DNA of 44,487 nucleotides from a virus: IMG/VR virus record IMGVR_UViG_3300029593_000013; one strand, 5' to 3'. Shown piece by piece: positions 1 to 7,026 of this stretch (position 1 is its first letter; each line of letters starts with the position of its first letter). The notes under the pieces were generated by a model. It saw only the letters and a program-made list of their open reading frames with translations, ran no database searches and was not told where the DNA came from. The position numbers and the translations under genes were made by a program.

Positions 1-99
1 GATCTTTTCGATTTCCTCGGCGGTGTATGTCTTTTCTCCGTTTTCCTTGAGGATCACAAGAAGATCATAGGCCATAGCCTTTCGGATGTCGGCGCTTTC
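1..99. repeat. 99-bp direct terminal repeat, identical to 44389..44487 (circular-contig overlap or terminal redundancy)
   Basis: Read directly: gatcttttcgatttcctcggcggtgtatg...cggatgtcggcgctttc occurs at both ends, base for base. Confidence 0.95.
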
Positions 100-114
100 T
101 TGATTACTTGGCAT
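1..114 (-). CDS. small hypothetical protein (48 aa) spanning the circular junction. The N-terminal 38 codons are here and the rest is at 44356..44388
   Basis: ATG (reverse) at 112-114, 7 nt after AAAGGAGG. The frame runs through the terminal overlap. Product: MPSNQESADIRKAMAYDLLVILKENGEKTYTAEEIEKIIQAYIAGLAK. Confidence 0.6.
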   Translation of the reverse strand, partial: MPSNQESADIRKAMAYDLLVILKENGEKTYTAEEIEKI

Positions 115-146
115 CGCTGCGGCCTCCTTTCTTTTAGGATGGCTAT

Positions 147-175
147 ATTATAACATATGTATTGCAGTATGTCAA
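147..175 (-). promoter_or_regulatory. sigma70-type promoter P1 (TTGACA-17 nt-TATAAT) for the leftward junction operon
   Basis: Minus strand reads gggcTTGACAtactgcaatacatatgtTATAATatagcc. The spacer contains the palindrome ACATATGT. Confidence 0.7.
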
Positions 176-253
176 GCCCTTTTTTCAAGTTTTTTTCAAT
201 TTCTCCCGGCTTGCTTTCCACGGCCTCCGGGGGCGCTCTCTTGTTACGGGTAT

Positions 254-282
254 ACTATATCATGATATAATGATTCTGTCAA
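254..282 (-). promoter_or_regulatory. second tandem sigma70-type promoter P2 (TTGACA-17 nt-TATAGT)
   Basis: Minus strand reads ggggcTTGACAgaatcattatatcatgaTATAGT. The spacer and -10 region carry the 14-bp palindrome TATATCATGATATA (256-269). It shares the GGGCTTGACA context with P1. Confidence 0.6.
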
Positions 283-446
283 GCCCCTTTTTCCACTTTT
301 TTTGGGGGGTGAGGTTCTTTTTTTACCGTGTTTTCTACACGCACATTTTAGCTATTATGTACGCCATATAGATACACCTATATAGTCCACGATACAAGGG
401 CATAAAAACACCCACAAATGCGGAGAAATCCGAACATTTTCAAATA

Positions 447-480
447 AAACGCTCCACCGGTCTATTCTGATGGAGCGTTT
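447..480 (-). terminator. 10-bp hairpin (aaacgctcca / tggagcgttt) followed by a U-run on the minus strand
   Basis: Perfect inverted repeat 447-456 / 471-480. The minus strand continues ttttatttg. Confidence 0.4.
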
Positions 481-716
481 AACGCTACAAAAATATTATT
501 TTGTTGCGTTCGTTTCAGGGTATCCGGCGGAAGTGGCCTTTTTTGTGCGTTATACATGGACGCGGGCCGGAAGCCGCTGCACCTGGCCAGCCGTGGCCGG
601 AGCGGAGGCCGGGCCGATCTTGACCGCACCGGGGGCGGGGGAATGGGGGCTTTCTGGTGCCGGGCAGTAACCCTTCCGAATACCCAAACAAATAAAAAGC
701 CCCTTTCCCCAAAAAG

Positions 717-736
717 GTGGATAATAATTTATCCAC
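717..736. promoter_or_regulatory. palindromic pair of DnaA-box-like sites (GTGGATAA-taat-TTATCCAC)
   Basis: Each arm matches 8 of 9 positions of the DnaA box consensus TTATCCACA. A/T-rich tracts follow at 740-870. Confidence 0.4.
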
Positions 737-874
737 GATGAAGGCGGGGCACTCGTTTTTGAATAATAAAATGGCCTACATTTCAGAAAGAACAGGCAAA
801 GGGAACCGGCTGCTTATGTTCCCATTCAAAAAATCCCGCAAAAATAAAAAAGGCGATTTTTAATTTTATAAAAA

Positions 875-899
875 GCGCCCTTCGGGCGCATTTCTTTTA
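875..899 (+). terminator. short GC hairpin (gcgccc-ttc-gggcgc) plus T-rich tail
   Basis: Sequence aaaaagcgcccttcgggcgcatttctttt, immediately upstream of the promoter at 908. Confidence 0.45.
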
Positions 900-907
900 A
901 TTTCCTA

Positions 908-936
908 TTGACACGGATGCGTGATTATGATATACT
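908..936 (+). promoter_or_regulatory. sigma70-type promoter (TTGACA-17 nt-TATACT) for the 967 operon
   Basis: ttgacacggatgcgtgattatgatatact read directly. Confidence 0.65.
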
Positions 937-966
937 CAGTTTACCAAACACGGAGGGGTGAAGTAA

Positions 967-1230
967 ATGACCGACAAAGAGATACTCAGAGCGGCCATGG
1001 GAAAGCGTGATTACAATCAGGTCATACTTGCAAGCGAAATGGGATATGGAAGCCAGAGCAGCATAGCAGAGAGATTACGCTGCAAACAATCCATGCGCTG
1101 CGACATCTTCGTAAAGTTTATGGATTTCCTGGGCTTTGATGTCGTAATCCGCAGCAGGCGGGCAGATAAAACCGAATGGGTCTTATCCTTTGACAAAGAG
1201 ATTGGCGAGAGCCAGAAAGAGGGTGTCTGA
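967..1230 (+). CDS. XRE/Cro-type helix-turn-helix protein (87 aa)
   Basis: GGAGGGG RBS. HTH-like core YNQVILASEMGYGSQSSIAERLR. Confidence 0.75.
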   Translation: MTDKEILRAAMGKRDYNQVILASEMGYGSQSSIAERLRCKQSMRCDIFVKFMDFLGFDVVIRSRRADKTEWVLSFDKEIGESQKEGV

Positions 1231-1232
1231 CC

Positions 1233-1295
1233 ATGTGGGTTATCTATGCACTGATATTCTTTGGGGCGATTTTCAAGGTTCTGTTGAAGAAGTAG
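1233..1295 (+). CDS. 20-aa hydrophobic micro-protein MWVIYALIFFGAIFKVLLKK
   Basis: ATG lies 3 nt after the upstream stop. A paralogous peptide (VLIVYVIIFFGAVLKALLK) is encoded at 43074-43133 on the other strand. Confidence 0.45.
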   Translation: MWVIYALIFFGAIFKVLLKK

Positions 1296-1305
1296 GAGGT
1301 CTGCC

Positions 1306-1626
1306 ATGACTACCGAAGACGTTTTGAAGGAATACAGAAAGCGCCTGAGCATCAGGGAGACGGCACAGGAGCTGGACATATCGGAAGGGACCGTTCGGAA
1401 ATGCCTGATTACGCATGGAGAAATTGAGACGGCGATGACCAGGCGAATCGGGGCGCTTCTGCAAGAGGGATATTCGCAGAAGGAGATTTGCGGGATTCTG
1501 GGCATCTCATACTCCTGCGTAAACGCCAACAGTCCCTACGAACGGGGAATGCGGATAGAGCCGAGCCAGACTGTGAATGCCCAGCGCATCCGGGAGTGTC
1601 GGGCCAGGAAAGCGACAAATAAATAA
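1306..1626 (+). CDS. DNA-binding protein with two HTH-like segments (106 aa)
   Basis: AGGAGG RBS. Segments LSIRETAQELDISEGTVRKCL and YSQKEICGILGISYSCV. Confidence 0.75.
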   Translation: MTTEDVLKEYRKRLSIRETAQELDISEGTVRKCLITHGEIETAMTRRIGALLQEGYSQKEICGILGISYSCVNANSPYERGMRIEPSQTVNAQRIRECRARKATNK

Positions 1627-1667
1627 CCTCCGCAAGGGTGGAGGGATTGCCGAAGGGAGTAACGAAA

Positions 1668-1922
1668 ATGCCGATAATATCCACGTTTTACGGCATATCC
1701 ATCAAGATGTATTTTCGTCAGGGTGAACACAACCCACCCCATTTTCATGCTTACTACGGCAGTTACGCCTCAGCATTTGATATTCGCACGCTGAAAATGA
1801 TCGACGGCAGTTTGCCGCCAAAAGCGAAGCTGCTTGTGATGGAATGGGCAGTCATGCACCAAGACAAACTGATGGAAATATGGGAAACGCAGAATTTTGA
1901 AAAGGTGGAACCGTTGGAATGA
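1668..1922 (+). CDS. DUF4160-family protein
   Basis: MPIISTFYGISIKMYFRQGEHNPPHFHA... shows the typical DUF4160 N-terminus. The start was chosen at the internal ATG of ORF 1638..1922. Confidence 0.75.
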   Translation: MPIISTFYGISIKMYFRQGEHNPPHFHAYYGSYASAFDIRTLKMIDGSLPPKAKLLVMEWAVMHQDKLMEIWETQNFEKVEPLE

Positions 1923-1932
1923 GGTGGTCTTG

Positions 1933-2178
1933 ATGTTCCACAAGGTCGCAAATGTGAAGCCGGACGGGGGGCTGTTTCTTCGAGTGGAGTTCGTCAACGG
2001 AGAAGTCAGACGATATGATGTTTCGCAGCTGTTTCCGAGGTTTCCGGTGTTCCTCAATCTGAAAAAGCCAGCGCTATTTGACACGGTTCAGGTTGACCCC
2101 GGCGGGTATGGAATCAGCTGGAATGAGGACATTGATTTGTCGTGTGACGAGCTGTACCACATGGGGATACCACAGTAA
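1933..2178 (+). CDS. DUF2442-family protein (usual partner of DUF4160)
   Basis: MFHKVANVKPDGGLFLRVEFVNGEVRRYDVSQLF...ISWNEDIDLSCDELY, with a GAGGTGG RBS. Confidence 0.75.
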   Translation: MFHKVANVKPDGGLFLRVEFVNGEVRRYDVSQLFPRFPVFLNLKKPALFDTVQVDPGGYGISWNEDIDLSCDELYHMGIPQ

Positions 2179-2303
2179 ATGAATAAAGGCTCCCATAGGT
2201 GGGAGCCTTAGCCGAAGGGCTGCTTGTGCGAAAGCACGGGTGGCCCTTATTTTTATCAATTTCGTGGACGCACGAAATTGATTTACAAGAAATGGAGGAT
2301 TTT

Positions 2304-2675
2304 ATGAACACAACAGCAAAAAAGATTTCAGTCCTTGGAACGGATTATACGATTCGATTCGTGGAATCCGGGCAGGACGAGTATATGGACCGTATGAATT
2401 ACGGCGGCCTCTGTGATGGGGATTCTCGCGAAATCTTCATCCTTCTGCTCAAAACTTGCAAAGAATGGGAGAAAGCCCCGGATGAAACAATTGAGGCAAA
2501 ACAGCGGGAGATCATACGGCATGAGCTGGTCCACGCCTTTCTGAACGAAAGCGGGCTGCGGTACAACAGCCTCCCCACAGATGGTGCATGGGCAAAGAAC
2601 GAGGAAATGGTGGACTGGTTTGCAATCCAGTTTCCAAAGATACTGAAAGCATTTCAGCAGGCGGACGCTCTGTGA
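2304..2675 (+). CDS. putative zinc metallopeptidase (HExxH; ImmA/IrrE-like size and layout)
   Basis: GGAGGA RBS. Motif IIRHELVHAF. Confidence 0.65.
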   Translation: MNTTAKKISVLGTDYTIRFVESGQDEYMDRMNYGGLCDGDSREIFILLLKTCKEWEKAPDETIEAKQREIIRHELVHAFLNESGLRYNSLPTDGAWAKNEEMVDWFAIQFPKILKAFQQADAL

Positions 2676-2684
2676 GGTGAGAGT

Positions 2685-4331
2685 ATGGATTATGGCGAAT
2701 TATCAACGTCCATTCTGGGGGCCATGGAGCGCCGCCCTGCGGACGTTTCGGCCTATGAGGACCTGTTATCGCTCTGCATGAATTGGGCCGGGAATGACTT
2801 TGCTGCGGCCCACAGGGAGAGCAAACAGCTTCGGGACAAATGCGCCGAAATGATGGAGAAGGTCCCGGCAGAAGCGATCGGGAAATTCTATGCGTTGTGG
2901 CGGCGGTGTCTGCTGTTTGACGCTCCGTATGATTTTGATAGCTACTTGCTGTACATGGAGTTGGACCGGCAGGCGAAGAAACGGTTCTATCGCCCCCGGA
3001 GGAAGCAGTTGAAACCGGTAGCTGATGCCTTGCAGGCGCTTTGCGGGGATGATAAACTGGACTTGCTGGCCGTGAGCCTCCCGCCCGGTGTCGGTAAGAG
3101 TACGCTTGCAATCTTTCTTTTGACCTGGATTGCAGGCAGGGACCCAAACAATCCAAATCTGACCGGCAGCCATTCCAATTCATTTGTTAGAGGCGTTTAC
3201 GACGAGTGCCTACGGCTGTTTGACCCCAAAGGGGAATATCTGTGGCGGGACGTGTTTCCGACCGTTCAGGTGTCAAGCACGAACGCCAAGGATTGCCGGA
3301 TTGACCTGGACAAGAGGCAGCGTTTTGAAACACTTGAGTTCACGTCCATCGGCACCGGAAACGCCGGTTTGTACCGTGCTGCGAATCTACTGTACTGTGA
3401 TGACCTGGTGTCCGGTATCGAAGTGGCCCTATCGAAAGAACGCCTTGACAAGCTGTGGGAGACCTATACAACTGACCTTCGGCAACGGAAAATCGGTGAC
3501 AAGTGTAAGGAGCTGCATATTGCCACACGGTGGAGCGTACATGACGTAATAGGGCGGCTGGAACGGGAATATGAGAATAATCCAAGGGCAAAATTTATTC
3601 GCATTCCGGCCATGGACGAAAACGATGAGAGCAATTTTGACTATGAGTTCGGAGTTGGTTTCTCTACGAAATTCTATCAGGAGCAGCGGGACATTATGGA
3701 CCCGGTAAGCTGGAAGGCGCTGTATCAAAACCAACCTATAGAGCGGGAAGGCCTGGTCTACCACCCGGAAGAATTGCGGCGATTTTTTGAGTTGCCTGGG
3801 AATGAACCAGATGCGATCATCGGCGTGTGCGATACAAAGGATAAAGGGTCTGACTACGCATTCCTTCCGGTTGGATATGTTTATGGGCAGGATTACTATA
3901 TTGCAGACTGTATCTGCGACAACGGCCTGCCGGATACCGTAGACATTCGGCTATCTGACGTTCTTATCCGAAACAAGGTAAATGCCTGCCGCTTTGAAAG
4001 CAATTCTGCCGGTCGCAGAGTGGCCGAAAAGATTCAGGAAGACGTGAAAAAGCGGGGCGGAATCACGAACATCACGACGAAGTTCACGACGGCAAACAAA
4101 GAGACAAAAATTATCGTTAATTCAGCATGGGTAAAGGAACATTGCCTGTTTTTGGATGAGAGCAAGTTCCGGCGGAACACGGATTATGGGAGAATGATGG
4201 ATATGCTTTGTTCCTATACTGTGGCCGGTAAAAATAAGCACGATGACGTTCCTGACGGAATGGCCATGTTTGCGGAATACGCACAGTCCATGGGAACCGG
4301 CCAGGTCATGGCTTTTGCCCGCCCGTTTTAA
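2685..4331 (+). CDS. terL: terminase large subunit
   Basis: 548 aa. Walker A-like PPGVGKST and Walker B-like LLYCDDLV, with a nuclease-half-sized C-terminus. It sits directly upstream of the portal gene. Confidence 0.9.
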   Translation: MDYGELSTSILGAMERRPADVSAYEDLLSLCMNWAGNDFAAAHRESKQLRDKCAEMMEKVPAEAIGKFYALWRRCLLFDAPYDFDSYLLYMELDRQAKKRFYRPRRKQLKPVADALQALCGDDKLDLLAVSLPPGVGKSTLAIFLLTWIAGRDPNNPNLTGSHSNSFVRGVYDECLRLFDPKGEYLWRDVFPTVQVSSTNAKDCRIDLDKRQRFETLEFTSIGTGNAGLYRAANLLYCDDLVSGIEVALSKERLDKLWETYTTDLRQRKIGDKCKELHIATRWSVHDVIGRLEREYENNPRAKFIRIPAMDENDESNFDYEFGVGFSTKFYQEQRDIMDPVSWKALYQNQPIEREGLVYHPEELRRFFELPGNEPDAIIGVCDTKDKGSDYAFLPVGYVYGQDYYIADCICDNGLPDTVDIRLSDVLIRNKVNACRFESNSAGRRVAEKIQEDVKKRGGITNITTKFTTANKETKIIVNSAWVKEHCLFLDESKFRRNTDYGRMMDMLCSYTVAGKNKHDDVPDGMAMFAEYAQSMGTGQVMAFARPF

Positions 4332-4368
4332 CCATTTTGTTGCGAATGGTTATATAGCATAAAAGTAC

Positions 4369-4396
4369 TTGACAAACCAAATGAAACTTGTATAAT
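4369..4396 (+). promoter_or_regulatory. sigma70-type promoter (TTGACA-16 nt-TATAAT) between terL and portal
   Basis: ttgacaaaccaaatgaaacttgtataat read directly. Confidence 0.5.
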
Positions 4397-4424
4397 TATA
4401 TGTGTAAAATGATAGCTATAGGGG

Positions 4425-5867
4425 GTGTGCGATACGGGAAGCAGAAAACTGTTTGGGCGGAAGGTCATTTATACCGAGGTTCCCGAAATCAATGAGGGAA
4501 ACATCGTTGACGTGCTGCGGCAGGCCCTGAACGTGCACCTTGCCAACCAGGCCGATATTGACTACCTCTATCGCTACTACCGTGGAGATCAACCTATCCT
4601 ATACCGGGAAAAGGACGTTCGGCCGGAAATCAATAACATGGTCGTTGAGAACCGGGCGAACGAAATCGTCTCCTTCAAAACCGGCTACCAGGTGGGCGAA
4701 CCCGTCCAGTATGTGAGCCGAGGCGGGGATGAGCGCATTTCCTCCGAGGTTCTGACCCTGAACGATTATATGCTGTCGGAGGATAAGCCCGCAAAGGACA
4801 AGGAGCTTGTCGATTGGGGGAATATCTGCGGTACAGCATACAGAATGGTCCTGCCGGATGCACTCGCAGACATAGAAGCGGATGAAGCCCCGTTTGAAAT
4901 CTTCACGCTTGACCCCCGGTATGCGTTTGTGGTCTACTCTGTCGGGCTGGGTCACAAGCCCATGATGGGTGTTCGATACGTCAAGAAAGAGGACGGAACC
5001 ATTGTATTTTCCTGCTGGACGGAGGATCGGTATTTCGAGGTGTGGAATACCTGGGCTGTGGTTCGCAGTGAAGAGCAGATTCTCGGAATCCCCATCATTG
5101 AATACCCGGCGAATCAGGCCCGGCTTGGCTCTTTTGAAATTGTCATTCCGCTGCTGGATGCCATCAACATGACGGAAAGCAACCGGATTGACGGCATTGA
5201 GCAGTTCGTCCAGGCCTACTGGAAGTTTGTGGGATGCCGGATTGACGAGCCACTGTTCAATCAGTTCAAGGCACTGGGTGCAATCATGGTCCCCCCGAAT
5301 GACACGGGCGGGAACATTGATGTTGACCTCATCACCAAGGACATGAATCAGGAGCAGGTGCAGAAGCTGGTGGACAGTATGTATAATGCCGTCCTGACCA
5401 TCTGCGGGATGCCGAACCGGAACGGTGGAACCTCCACAAGCGACACCGGTTCTGCGGTCATCATGCGGGACGGCTGGTCCGCTGCGGAAGCCCGTGCGAA
5501 GGACAGCGAACTTGTTTTCAAGCGGTCCGAGAAAGAGTTTCTGAAACTGGTCCTGCGTATCTGCCGGGACCTGGGCGGTCTCAACCTGAAGCTGTCTGCT
5601 CTGGAAATCCGGTTTACCCGGCGGAATTATGAGAACATCGCTCAGAAGGCAAGCGTACTGACCATGATGCTTGGATGTGAGAAAATTGCGCCGGAGCTGG
5701 CGTTCACTCACAGTGGCCTCTTTTCCGATCCGCAGCTTGCTTATCGCATGAGCATGGAATATATGGCCCAGCAGGAGCGGAAAGCCGCTCAGCAGGCCAA
5801 TCAAAACGGAGGTGCATCCAGTGGCGCAGGAAGTAAATCCGGCGCACCGCCTGAATCTGACGGATGA
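4425..5867 (+). CDS. portal protein (SPP1 gp6-like)
   Basis: 480 aa, GTG start after GGGGG. Assigned from its position after terL and from the composition typical of portals. Confidence 0.85.
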   Translation: MCDTGSRKLFGRKVIYTEVPEINEGNIVDVLRQALNVHLANQADIDYLYRYYRGDQPILYREKDVRPEINNMVVENRANEIVSFKTGYQVGEPVQYVSRGGDERISSEVLTLNDYMLSEDKPAKDKELVDWGNICGTAYRMVLPDALADIEADEAPFEIFTLDPRYAFVVYSVGLGHKPMMGVRYVKKEDGTIVFSCWTEDRYFEVWNTWAVVRSEEQILGIPIIEYPANQARLGSFEIVIPLLDAINMTESNRIDGIEQFVQAYWKFVGCRIDEPLFNQFKALGAIMVPPNDTGGNIDVDLITKDMNQEQVQKLVDSMYNAVLTICGMPNRNGGTSTSDTGSAVIMRDGWSAAEARAKDSELVFKRSEKEFLKLVLRICRDLGGLNLKLSALEIRFTRRNYENIAQKASVLTMMLGCEKIAPELAFTHSGLFSDPQLAYRMSMEYMAQQERKAAQQANQNGGASSGAGSKSGAPPESDG

Positions 5868-5979
5868 ACAGATTCAGCTTATCAATAACACGATCCGGCA
5901 GGGGAAGGTTGTTGAATTGCGCGTGGAGCACGGAGAGATCAAGGTCATTGCAATTACCAGAAAGTGCTTAAATCGATAA
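5821..5979 (+). CDS. small hypothetical protein (52 aa) overlapping the portal 3' end
   Basis: GTG start 6 nt after GGAGGTG. Product: VAQEVNPAHRLNLTDEQIQLINNTIRQGKVVELRVEHGEIKVIAITRKCLNR. It is below the ORF-track length cut-off. Confidence 0.45.
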   Translation: MAQEVNPAHRLNLTDEQIQLINNTIRQGKVVELRVEHGEIKVIAITRKCLNR

Positions 5980-6008
5980 CGGTTGCCTGAAGTGGCAGCT
6001 AAGAGCCG

Positions 6009-6051
6009 ATGGGCTGTTGATACCAGGAATGGTATCGGCAGCCCATTTTTT
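6009..6051 (+). terminator. rho-independent terminator
   Basis: 16-bp stem atgggctgttgatacc / ggtatcggcagcccat followed by tttttt. Confidence 0.8.
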
Positions 6052-6059
6052 GTTTATTC

Positions 6060-6135
6060 GCCGTTGTAGCACAACAGGTGGTGCAGCTGATTTGTAACCA
6101 GCAGGGTGGCGGTTCGACCCCGTCCAGCGGCTCCA
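6060..6135 (+). tRNA. tRNA-Thr (anticodon TGT)
   Basis: Hand-folded cloverleaf. Acceptor gccgttg/cagcggc, D arm gcac-aacaggtg-gtgc, anticodon loop ttTGTaa, T arm ggcgg-ttcgacc-ccgtc, encoded CCA. Confidence 0.8.
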
Positions 6136-6217
6136 ATCAAAAACCCGGACAGAGAGCACCATGTGTCGGCACGCTGCTTGTTTTTCCACTACTGCTCAAC
6201 AGCGGACCGGGGCCAAT

Positions 6218-6293
6218 GGGTAGATAGCTCAGCTGGTAGAGCGCGTGACTGTTAATCACGACGTCGCAGGTTCGAATCCTGCTCCGCCCGCCA
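6218..6293 (+). tRNA. tRNA-Asn (anticodon GTT)
   Basis: Hand-folded. D arm gctc-agctggta-gagc, anticodon arm cgtga-ctGTTaa-tcacg, T arm gcagg-ttcgaat-cctgc, encoded CCA. There is one A-C mismatch in the acceptor stem. Confidence 0.8.
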
Positions 6294-6294
6294 T

Positions 6295-6314
6295 AACGGC
6301 AGCAGGGATGCTGC
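6295..6314 (+). repeat. left copy of the direct repeat AACGGCAGCAGGGA[T/A]GCTGC flanking the Rha gene
   Basis: Matches 7007-7026 at 19 of 20 positions. Each copy is also a small hairpin (gcagc/gctgc). Confidence 0.8.
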
Positions 6315-6356
6315 TGAAATCCAAAACATTTTAATCAACAGAAAGGATTGATAACA

Positions 6357-7007
6357 ATGTTCGTAGAAATCGCAAAGATCGGGAAGCAGGAACGGCCAAC
6401 AGTTACAAGTCTTGATGTGGCGGATACCTTTGGGAAACAGCACGACAAGGTGATGCGTGACATTCGGGAGCTTGGATGCAGTGACGAATTTAATATCGCC
6501 AATTTTGGCGATATTACTTACACGGACAGCAGAGGAAGAACGCAGAAGGCGGTGGTTATGACCAGAGACGGTTTTACTCTTTTGGTCATGGGGTACACCG
6601 GAGAACTCGCTATGAAGTTCAAGGAAGCGTACATCAAGCAGTTCAACGCTATGGAAACTGCCTTGCAAGGCAAACTGATTGAGCGTGAAAAAGGTATCGC
6701 CGTTCGGCAGGCACTGACGAAAGCCTTGCAGCAGTCCAGTGAAGACGAGCGAATGCACGGACACGCATATTCCAATTACACAAATTGCATCTACAAGACA
6801 CTTTTCGGCAAAGATGCCGCTCAGCTTCGGCTTGATTATGGTATCGGGCCAAAAGAAAACCTCCGGGATGTATTCTCGCAGGAGGAGTTATCTGCCGTCC
6901 AGTCTATGGAGAGGCTTGTAAGCGGCCTTGTTGATTGCGGGTGGGAATATACGCAAATCAAAGAATTTATCGGTAAAACCAACTCAAAGCTGGCGATTAC
7001 CGCATAA
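6357..7007 (+). CDS. Rha-family phage regulatory protein
   Basis: N-terminus ...RPTVTSLDVADTFGKQHDKVMRDIREL... is typical of the Phage_pRha domain. RBS AAAGGA lies 9 nt upstream. Confidence 0.8.
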   Translation: MFVEIAKIGKQERPTVTSLDVADTFGKQHDKVMRDIRELGCSDEFNIANFGDITYTDSRGRTQKAVVMTRDGFTLLVMGYTGELAMKFKEAYIKQFNAMETALQGKLIEREKGIAVRQALTKALQQSSEDERMHGHAYSNYTNCIYKTLFGKDAAQLRLDYGIGPKENLRDVFSQEELSAVQSMERLVSGLVDCGWEYTQIKEFIGKTNSKLAITA

Positions 7008-7026
7008 ACGGCAGCAGGGAAGCTGC
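7007..7026 (+). repeat. right copy of the Rha-flanking direct repeat
   Basis: aacggcagcagggaagctgc read directly. It overlaps the Rha stop codon. Confidence 0.8.

Noticed and set aside
1-99. Terminal repeat considered as a biological long-terminal-repeat or cos-type end
   Set aside because: An exact 99 bp is typical of an assembler k-mer overlap, and an ORF runs through the join. This cannot be settled without reads, so it is reported as circular closure with that caveat.
162-741. Track ORFs 162..371, 470..670, 515..736 and 556..741 in the junction-proximal region
   Set aside because: None has an RBS. The translations are low-complexity (Phe-rich or Gly/Pro/Arg-rich) and overlap one another. 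The region is better explained by promoters, hairpins and DnaA-box-like sites.
4599-5804. 401-aa minus-strand ORF opposite the portal gene. Similar long antisense ORFs occur at 2512..3183, 7647..8618, 8929..9579, 9728..10873, 11105..12055, 16585..17667, 17637..18722, 22300..23286, 29024..29872, 32461..33621, 34326..35279 and 36071..36838.
   Set aside because: These are shadow ORFs typical of GC-rich coding DNA. The plus-strand partners have RBSs, recognisable domains and operon logic. The antisense translations are Arg/Gly/Pro-rich with no start-site signals.
6136-6217. Possible third tRNA between tRNA-Thr and tRNA-Asn
   Set aside because: I could not fold a cloverleaf. There is no T-loop (TTCGA) or D-loop signature.
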